Shown here: positions 1-7,166 of the stretch, piece by piece
Layout: every line of letters starts with the position of its first letter
Position numbering within the stretch: the first letter of the stretch is position 1
From: Coriobacteriia bacterium
Lineage (GTDB): Bacteria; Actinomycetota; Coriobacteriia; Anaerosomatales; PHET01
Direction: 5' to 3'
DNA: 43,750 nucleotides
Assembly (NCBI GenBank): GCA_009779675.1
Contig: WRDS01000003.1
Span: 1-43,750 of the forward strand
Position numbers and translations under genes: made by a program
Notes under the pieces: model-generated
Database searches by the model: none
Told to the model about the DNA's origin: nothing
What the model saw: only the letters and a program-made list of their open reading frames with translations

Positions 1-32
1 CCTGCCAGATTGCTCTGGCGCGGCGCACGCGC

Positions 33-62
33 TTGTCCACCGGGCTGTACGTGTGCTAGGAT
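33..62 (+). promoter_or_regulatory. Putative sigma70-type promoter of rpmB
   Basis: TTGTCC (33-38), 18-nt spacer, TAGGAT (57-62) preceded by TGn (extended -10). Confidence 0.45.
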
Positions 63-148
63 TCCATCCGCTTTGCGCAAATATGCAGCCGAGGTACGAG
101 GCTCAAGGTTATTGCCTGTCGCCTCTGGACCGTTAAAGGAGACATGCA

Positions 149-337
149 ATGTCCAAAGTCTGTGCCATCTGTGGCAAGAAGCCTGCGGCAGGCCGTAATA
201 TCAGCCACTCGCATCGCGTGACCCCTCGCACATTCCGGCCAAACATCCAGAAGGTCACCGTGGTGCTTGAAGGACGCGTCAAACGCGTTAACGTCTGCAC
301 CAAGTGCATGAAGACCACCACGAAGGTAAGCCGCTAG
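149..337 (+). CDS. rpmB: 50S ribosomal protein L28 (zinc-binding CxxC...CxxC form)
   Basis: [31 protein letters not shown]...VCTKC; AAGGAG RBS upstream. Confidence 0.97.
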   Translation: MSKVCAICGKKPAAGRNISHSHRVTPRTFRPNIQKVTVVLEGRVKRVNVCTKCMKTTTKVSR

Positions 338-363
338 CGCGCTGACACACTGGTTCGCCTGAA

Positions 364-452
364 CTGCCTGGCTGCCACCGTCTGCCACCATTACCTGGCT
401 GCCACCGTCTGGCCGCTGCTGCCTGGCCGCCGCCGCGTGATCGCCGCCGCCG
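364..452. repeat. Degenerate ~27-bp tandem repeat between the convergent rpmB and HD-GYP genes
   Basis: CCTGGCTGCCACCGTCTG at 367-384 and 394-411; third degenerate copy from 422. Confidence 0.7.
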
Positions 453-455
453 GAC

Positions 456-2756
456 TCAGGCCTGGTTGACGATCCCCACAAACGCATCCACCACTTCGGG
501 ATCGAACTGGGATCCCGCCTTGCCCTGGATCTCGGCGATGGCATCCACCGGTGCCATGGCATTCCGGTACGGTCTCGACGATGTCATGGAGACGTACGCG
601 TCCGTAACGGCAAGCACCCGCGAGCCCATCGGGATGTCGGACCCGGAAAGGCCGAGCACATAGCCGCTGCTGTCATAGTGCTCATGGTGGTGATAGACGA
701 TGGGGACCGCGCTCACAAGCGCCGAGGTCTGCCCCAGCACATCCGCCGCCACTGTGGGGTGCATCTTGAGCAGCCCCTGCTCAATGGTGGTAAGCGGGCG
801 CTCCTTGGCACTCACGAAATCACTCGTGGCAGGCATGCCGATATCGTGCAGAAGCGCCGCCATGGCCGTCGCCTGCCGCTCCTCATACGGCAGCCCGAGC
901 GCCTCGGTAAGCCGCTGCGTAAGCTCATGCACCCGGTCGGTCGAGCCCAACGAGTACGGGTCCGTCTTCTCAAACGCCAGCGCAAGCGCCCGGACGGTCT
1001 CCATGTGTCGGTCACTGGAAGCCGCAAACTCATGCGCATTGCGCAAAGAGACTGCGGTGACCTTCCCGAGAGCCTCCAAAGCGCTCGTAAGCTTGGCAGA
1101 CCTCCTGGCATGGAACTTCCTGCTGCCCACATTAAGCACGCCGAGCGGCCCCAGGTCGTCCGTAATAGGTACGGTGATCGCCGAGATGACCTCGTGCCTG
1201 CGCGACGCAGGTCCTTTGCCGTTCAGGTTCTCGATCACGAGGGATTTCCCTGTTGCCAGCACCACGCCGGCAATCCCATCCCCGCTACGGATGGCTGCCT
1301 GCTCGATGACTTCCTCCGGCAGCCCCCTAGAGGCACGGATGCGCATTGCCCCATCCGGGCAGGTGAGCATCACTGACCCGGTATCTGATTTGGCGACTTC
1401 CAGCGCCTTGTCCAAAGTCGCCTCGATGATCGCTTGCGGGTCTACAAGGTGCACGATCTCTGACGCTGCCCGAAGCAACAATGCCGCTGACGAGGACTCG
1501 TCATTGGTCACATCAAGCGCCAACGCTGCAGCAAGAGCGTTATCGAGACCTGCTGCGACCTCGGCAAGCCTGGTGTCGTCCGGACTCGAGGTGAGCAGGT
1601 CGAGCGCTGCGACCCCTGCAGTATCGCGTGCGACTATAGGGATCGCATACTGAGAGACGCCAGGCTGTCCGCCGGGCATCTCATCGTAGGTGCCGACCGC
1701 AGGCACCCCGGAGCTGACAGCGCGCCCAAGGGCGCCTGTAGAGGCAGTCACAGGAATGGTCTGCGCCACGCCCGGGCCAACCGAGTCCAAAGGACGCAAC
1801 GTGTCGGTCGCCTCATCGAAAAGCCAGAGGTGCGCCTGGAGGACCGGCGCGACTAGCCCGGCAGCCCTCATGAGGGCCTCCAGCACCTCCTTGGTGTCCA
1901 GCCCGCCTGGCTCCTTGGGTGTTGCCCCATTGGAGCTTGCGTTGCTTGTTGCGCTCTCGGCGCTTTCGATATCCTTGGCGTTCTCGGCGCTACTTTCGAC
2001 GGCGTCTTCGGCCTCTTTTGCGGATCCTCGCCCCTTGGTGCCGCCTTCTGTGGCTGCCGCGCTGGCTACCGCGCCCACCATTACCGCAGTCGGAACTGCC
2101 GGCGCTACTGGAACACGCCACCACGTGCCTGAGATGACGCTTTCATCCATACTTGAGATGCCCGCGCCTGAGATGCCGTTGCCGGCACCAGCGGCAAAAG
2201 ACCGGCCTTTCGGCTCAACAGCCAGAAAAGCGATAGGGGATCCCTGCGGCAAAGGCTCTTTGGCCGAGAGCAACGGAGGCTCGACCGTTGCGCCTTTTTT
2301 GCCGCCCTTTGCAGCCCTGCCGGAAAACAGCCGGCCGTTCGGCGGTTTTGACGGCTTCGATTCGCGGGCAGGGATGATCTCTGGAGGGGCGCTCGGCACC
2401 AGTGGGCCTGCTGGTCGGGTAACTGGCGGGCCCATCGGCACGGAACCGGGACCGCTCGGTGCAGGAGCTGGGTTGTGTGGCGCAGGAGTGGGGGCAGTCG
2501 GTGCGAGAGTGGGAGCGCTCGACACAACGGTGGGGGCGCTCGGTGCGAGGGCTTTGGCCGCTTGGCGTTTGGCGGACCTGCGTGCCCTCCCCCGCCGCCT
2601 GTCCCACAACGCCCAGCAGACACAGCCCACAAAGAACAGGAAGGCAGCCGCAATCGGCCCCCAGTTCATCAGCAGTTCGCGGGAGATCCCCAAACTACCC
2701 ATCAAACTGCCCAGTGCAATGGCGGCTGGAACAGACGCTACTTCAATCGCGTGCAT
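456..2756 (-). CDS. Membrane-anchored GAF + HD-GYP domain protein (c-di-GMP phosphodiesterase-like, partly degenerate)
   Basis: N-terminal TM (IAAAFLFFVGCVCWALW), Pro/Ala-rich linker, GAF-like regions (GDGIAGVVLATGKSL..., PLGVLNV), C-terminal LLHDIG...HP...HHEHYDSSGY...IP...D...RPYR...QFDP. Confidence 0.85.
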   Translation of the reverse strand: MHAIEVASVPAAIALGSLMGSLGISRELLMNWGPIAAAFLFFVGCVCWALWDRRRGRARRSAKRQAAKALAPSAPTVVSSAPTLAPTAPTPAPHNPAPAPSGPGSVPMGPPVTRPAGPLVPSAPPEIIPARESKPSKPPNGRLFSGRAAKGGKKGATVEPPLLSAKEPLPQGSPIAFLAVEPKGRSFAAGAGNGISGAGISSMDESVISGTWWRVPVAPAVPTAVMVGAVASAAATEGGTKGRGSAKEAEDAVESSAENAKDIESAESATSNASSNGATPKEPGGLDTKEVLEALMRAAGLVAPVLQAHLWLFDEATDTLRPLDSVGPGVAQTIPVTASTGALGRAVSSGVPAVGTYDEMPGGQPGVSQYAIPIVARDTAGVAALDLLTSSPDDTRLAEVAAGLDNALAAALALDVTNDESSSAALLLRAASEIVHLVDPQAIIEATLDKALEVAKSDTGSVMLTCPDGAMRIRASRGLPEEVIEQAAIRSGDGIAGVVLATGKSLVIENLNGKGPASRRHEVISAITVPITDDLGPLGVLNVGSRKFHARRSAKLTSALEALGKVTAVSLRNAHEFAASSDRHMETVRALALAFEKTDPYSLGSTDRVHELTQRLTEALGLPYEERQATAMAALLHDIGMPATSDFVSAKERPLTTIEQGLLKMHPTVAADVLGQTSALVSAVPIVYHHHEHYDSSGYVLGLSGSDIPMGSRVLAVTDAYVSMTSSRPYRNAMAPVDAIAEIQGKAGSQFDPEVVDAFVGIVNQA

Positions 2757-2881
2757 CCTAAAATGGTACTCCTAGTGTCTTTTCGGGTCTGGCAACCTCA
2801 GTTTTGCGCGATGCTAGGACCCGAATGGTGCCGTATTTACTTTGTCATGCGAATGCCCTGTGGCGTGATCTGACAGATACC

Positions 2882-2960
2882 TTCGTTGCCTCCTGCTCTG
2901 AGCCGTCAAGGTCGCCGGTTTCGTTGCTTCCCTGCTTCGAGCCGTCAAGGCCGTCAGGGC
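2882..2960. repeat. Degenerate ~38-39-bp tandem duplication at the thiN 3' end
   Basis: TTCGTTGC..CCTGCT..GAGCCGTCAAGG at 2882-2911 and 2920-2950, followed by a short GCCGTCAGGG echo that includes the stop codon. Confidence 0.65.
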
Positions 2961-3652
2961 CGAACTGCTCTTCTACTACTCTTTCGGCTAACATACTGCG
3001 CAGGTTTATACCCTTCAGCCTTAGGAGAGAAAACACACATTACTCCATCGTGCACGGTTATTGCCATTTTTTCATCGGCAAGCACGTTGCTCATGCCGAG
3101 CGAGGCCGTACAAGCAAGCCTATGCCTTTCAAGCCCCCACTTCGCTCCGCGCACGCTCACAACCGCATCTGAGGGCAGCGCCAAGAGCGAGACAACGCTC
3201 CCTGCGCCGGACAGCTCCAAGACCTCCCCTGATCTGACTACCCAGCCTGCAAGCCCCGGCTCAACGAGAGCCACACGCAAAGCTGGCGTACGCACTACAC
3301 TCCCCAGCGCCGCAAGGGTGTGATCCGCCCGCCCGCCAACGACCCCTGTTACCGTTACCTCCTGCGCGCCGAGAGAAACCGCCTCGGCAAGTGCAAGATC
3401 GAGGTCGGTCTCGTCCTTCTCGGCGGGAAAGCGCACGGTCTTGATGCTATGCTGCTTCGCGTACTGCATGTCTTGAGCCGAGGCCGAATCGAGGTCGCCA
3501 ACGACCATGTCTGCGACTACGCCTGCCAGGATGCACGCGTGCAACCCGCCGTCGATAGCCACGACGCGGTCGTGCGAAGGAGCGAGCGCGCCGACGATGG
3601 CGGGCGTCTCGGGCTCCCCCGCCGCACCGACAAGGAGGAGGGTGCCGCTCAT
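2954..3652 (-). CDS. thiN: Thiamine diphosphokinase (thiamine pyrophosphokinase)
   Basis: VAIDGG, VGDLDS, FPAEKDETDLDLAL, GGRADHTLA, G.KW.L, SLGMSN motifs; ATGA overlap with thiT. Confidence 0.93.
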   Translation of the reverse strand: MSGTLLLVGAAGEPETPAIVGALAPSHDRVVAIDGGLHACILAGVVADMVVGDLDSASAQDMQYAKQHSIKTVRFPAEKDETDLDLALAEAVSLGAQEVTVTGVVGGRADHTLAALGSVVRTPALRVALVEPGLAGWVVRSGEVLELSGAGSVVSLLALPSDAVVSVRGAKWGLERHRLACTASLGMSNVLADEKMAITVHDGVMCVFSPKAEGYKPAQYVSRKSSRRAVRP

Positions 3653-4260
3653 GAGATGCCTCGTTGCGAGGAGGCTGCACGCTCAAGCACGCTTCGTTGC
3701 AGCGGGACCGTGCGCTCGAGCACCGGGTACAGGGCGACCGCAAGGACCGCGCAGGCAAGCGTCGAGGGGATCATGTAGCTCAGGTTATAGATAGCCGAGA
3801 AGAGGAGCACCGGCTGACCCGTCGGCGCATTCGAGGCGAAGAACACCGCTCCAGAGATGAAATGGCTTACGAAGCGCCCCGCCCCGCCAAGTATGACAAG
3901 CAGGGTGACAAGCGAGGATGCCTGGAGCCTCTTGCCATCCGCAAGCGTCTCCCTGACGCGAGATGTCCCAAGACCGACAAGCCCACAAAGCGCAAATGCA
4001 AGCGGGTAGTCGAAAACAAGTTGCACCGGATGAATGATATAGGGATCAAGCAACAGGCTGCCAGCACCCCAAAGCGCACCGGTGATAAGCCCCGGGACCA
4101 GGCCTCGGCGCAACCCGACGACCATGATCGGCAGCATATCGAGCGCGACAGTGCCGCCTGCAATGTTCCATGGGAGTTTAACGCCAAGCAGCCAAAGCGC
4201 GGCTGAAAGGGCGACCGCAAGTGCCATCTCGGCAAGAAGGCTGACCCTGTCGCTTCGCAT
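3649..4260 (-). CDS. thiT: Energy-coupling-factor thiamine transporter S component, ThiT family
   Basis: LAEMALAVAL...GG.V...MLPI...RRG...G...HPVQ..FDYPLAF...RFVSHFISGAVFF...APTGQ...SAIYNLSY; multiple TM helices; AGGAGG RBS. Confidence 0.9.
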   Translation of the reverse strand: MRSDRVSLLAEMALAVALSAALWLLGVKLPWNIAGGTVALDMLPIMVVGLRRGLVPGLITGALWGAGSLLLDPYIIHPVQLVFDYPLAFALCGLVGLGTSRVRETLADGKRLQASSLVTLLVILGGAGRFVSHFISGAVFFASNAPTGQPVLLFSAIYNLSYMIPSTLACAVLAVALYPVLERTVPLQRSVLERAASSQRGIS

Positions 4261-4467
4261 GATCCTCCTACCTCTCTGGATGCACAGACACCCGCTTGGC
4301 CGAAAGACGGCAACGGCAGCGCAAAGGCAGGCGGGGACAACAGCGAAACAGCCCCGCGCCTAACAGACGACCCGCTTTGCTGGCCCCGCATTACCGGAAC
4401 CGTCTTTCGGTCGCGACGCTTGGAACGCCCGTCGCCTCTCAGCTACCTGTGCAGCTCCCGACACGGT
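4261..4467 (-). ncRNA. TPP-like riboswitch with variant P4/P5 arm and a translational expression platform
   Basis: Minus strand reads CGGGAGC-TGCACAGGTA-GCTGAGAG-[GCGACG..CGTCGC]-GACCG-AAAGA-CGGTTCCG-GTAATG-CGGGGCC, directly upstream of thiT-thiN. Confidence 0.75.
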
Positions 4468-4643
4468 ATTGATGACACCGATATGATGGCATAATGGAGC
4501 GTGATCGGCAATCGCCCGCACCCGATGCACATATGGCGCACACACGATGCACACAGGCAATAGCGCGCACGATGCATGCGCGCACGGGCGATGGTGCACA
4601 CAATGTATGTGTATGCGGACTGATATATCCGATGTGCCCAGCC

Positions 4644-5998
4644 CTAGAACAGGAGATCCCGCAGCTTGTCCATGACGTTGTCGGAGACCACGTTTTCTCC
4701 CCCATAGGTCTGGATGTTTGGCTTCACATCGTTGCAAGCACCTGGTAAATATGTGCCCCAGACCGACGAAAGAATCCCGGGGGGCGGTGAGGACAAGGAT
4801 GTCGTTACACGCGCCTATCGCGACCCCACCGGCAAAGTTCAGGGAAGTCCAATCCAGTCGCGACACCGATGAAGCCCCTGACCGCAAGGGAGTTGTTAAA
4901 CGCGTAGACCGCGATCTGCTGTGCGGTCTCATAACGATCTTGGCCACCGACACACCTGACTGCCGGGCTCGTGCTCAAGGCATTCAGCGACACCTCGACC
5001 CCCTGAGGAGACAGCTGCCGGTGAACCGAGTATGGTCACATCATCGATATTCAGGCTTGTAATGGTATCTGCTGCAGAAGCAGAGAGCGTCGCTGGACGG
5101 GTAAGCACGACCGGAATCCTGCTTATGTACACGCAAGAGGGGACACGGCGAGGCCGTCCGCGAAGTTGTCTCCTCTGGCTATAAGCGCCTTCTTTGCAAA
5201 GTCCCCGGTCGCAAAGCTTGCAATCTTGTTCGCAATAAGAGCACTCGTCTCATAACGGTCATTGCCCCCGATGCGCTCAATGCTGAGCCCAACATCTGTA
5301 AGCAAGCCCTCTACTATCTCAGAAACGGCTGCGGTAGAACCCATGATGTAGACTTTGCTGGCCTCTAAGCGCCTGACCTCATCAAGCGCACCGGGGCTTA
5401 AGGAGCTCGGTCTCGTGAGGAGAAGCGGGGCTCTAAGCGAGCCCGCGAGCGCGGAGGTGGAAAGCACGTCTGCGTAATTCATGCCAGTGGCGAGTATGAC
5501 CGCATTAGCACTCTCAAAGTCAAAGTTCTTCTTGCTAGCGTCAATCGCAGTCCCATAGCGGTCAGGGCCAGAAACGCGAGTGATGGGGTCGCGGGACCCG
5601 TCGATGAGGATGGGGACATTGGTCGAGCGGCGTGTGCCGTTGTCAAACTGCCCGCGACCGTTAAGCCCCCACGCCCAGAGCGTGCCGTCCTCCTTGATGC
5701 CGAGGGAGTGGCTGTCCCCTGCGCTCACGGCCTCCCATCCCACGAACCCTGCAGACAGGGACGTACCCCTGTCCGCCGTGAGAGCCGAACCCGCAGCTTC
5801 CGGTGTCGCGCCGCCCGGAGCCGCGACCGCCAGGGCACCGTTGCCCGGGACACCAGCAACCGTCGGGGCACCACCGCCCGGGACACCGCCTGCCTACGTT
5901 GCCCCCGGTAGAGCGCCCAGAGCGAGCGCGAGGCAAAGGAGCGCCGAGAGGCGTGCCCGCCGCCTCGTGCCCGCCGCGCTTCTAAAGACCTGATCCAC
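4644..5998 (-). pseudogene. Disrupted paralogue of the RCC1-repeat/cell-wall-binding-repeat-2 surface protein at 18301-20652
   Basis: GTG start at 5998 with GAGGGGG RBS; same signal peptide; in-frame TAG at 5894-5896 where the paralogue has Trp; one RCC1 blade; CWB2 repeats broken by about four frameshifts (~5130, ~4995, ~4835, ~4770); ends GGENVVSDNVMDKLRDLLF* like the paralogue. Confidence 0.9.
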
Positions 5999-6149
5999 GT
6001 AGCATCCCCCTCGTATCTTAAACATCGTCGCCATTTGACGGATTTTGTCCTCGTAGAAGCCAGCTCACGTGACCACGTCTTGTTGCCTCGTCAAGCGTTC
6101 CTATTTTGATTGTCCTGGGACAAGCCAGCCCATGCAGGCGCGTAGGGTG

Positions 6150-7166
6150 TCACTCCATCGCCCGCAGATACGGGTACGGGTTGACCGGCGCGCCTCCGCC
6201 AGGATGCATCTGGAAATGGAGGTGCGGGGCGTTTGCCGTCGCATTGCCGGTCGAGCCCACGTAGCCTATGACCTGCCCGGCACGCACCTGTCCGCTGCGA
6301 ACCGCCCAACCATTGAGGTGCGCATAGTAAAAAGTCCACCCGCCGGTCCCCCTAAGCCAGATGGTCTTCCCCCCTAGCCCACCTTCTTTGGAAGTGACCG
6401 TGCCATTTGTGACCGCAACTACCGGGGTGCCATGGGGAGCCATGATGTCAGTGCCCTGGTGCCTGCGCCGGCCTCCAGAACGGGATGCGCCCCAGGTGTT
6501 TGAGTAGTAATACGAGCCGCGCACAGGAAACACCATCCCATTCGGCCCCGGACGCGACATGCCCCCGGAGGAGCCCCCAGGCGAACGGGCGTTATCAAGC
6601 TGCGTCTTTACGCGGTTGAAGTCGGCTTCGGCTAATTTGAGATCCTTTTGAAGCTGATCTCGCTTGGCACGCAGCTGCTTTGCCCGCTTCTCTTTTGTCG
6701 CCTGCTGCGCGACAAGGTTCCTTTTTTTCGCAAGCAGGTCCTCGCGAAGCTCTTTTACCTCGGCGATTACCTCTGCGTCGGCCTCGCCGATGCGGGCTAG
6801 ATAATCTGCCCTGGTGACAAACGCCTCGAAGGAGTCCGCTTCGAGAAGGACGTTGATTATGTCGATGTTCTGACGGCGGTAGATGCCGTCCACCCGTGCG
6901 CCGAGCCGTTCCTGCGCAACAGCCAGCTCCTCTTCCGTCTGCGTTATCTCTTTCTCTGTCTTTGCAAGGGCGACTTCGGTCTCATCCAGCTCCCAATATG
7001 CTTTGGAATAGGCATCTCCGGCCTTCTTTGAACGCGTCTTGAGCGTCTCAAGCTGCTGTTTGAGCTCACTGACCGTGGCCGCGTTGGCAACAGAAGGCAT
7101 CACCAAATAGAGGGTGAGCGCTGCCGTGGCCAGATAAGCTGATGAACGCCGAATGCATGACATCAT
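6150..7166 (-). CDS. Secreted coiled-coil + M23 peptidase (murein hydrolase, EnvC/CwlO-like architecture)
   Basis: Signal peptide (..SVANA), long coiled coil, HQGTD, YYAHL and HLHF M23 zinc motifs; ATGA overlap with the upstream gene. Confidence 0.9.
   Translation of the reverse strand: MMSCIRRSSAYLATAALTLYLVMPSVANAATVSELKQQLETLKTRSKKAGDAYSKAYWELDETEVALAKTEKEITQTEEELAVAQERLGARVDGIYRRQNIDIINVLLEADSFEAFVTRADYLARIGEADAEVIAEVKELREDLLAKKRNLVAQQATKEKRAKQLRAKRDQLQKDLKLAEADFNRVKTQLDNARSPGGSSGGMSRPGPNGMVFPVRGSYYYSNTWGASRSGGRRRHQGTDIMAPHGTPVVAVTNGTVTSKEGGLGGKTIWLRGTGGWTFYYAHLNGWAVRSGQVRAGQVIGYVGSTGNATANAPHLHFQMHPGGGAPVNPYPYLRAME

Noticed and set aside
2775-2870. c-di-GMP-I riboswitch upstream of the HD-GYP gene
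   Set aside because: Only scattered similarities (GCAAAAC, GGTTGCC) and an 8-bp stem TTCGGGTC/GACCCGAA; no GNRA-capped P1 and no properly sized P2
5894-5896. Pyrrolysine or TAG readthrough
   Set aside because: The codon aligns with Trp in the paralogue, and the gene also has several frameshifts
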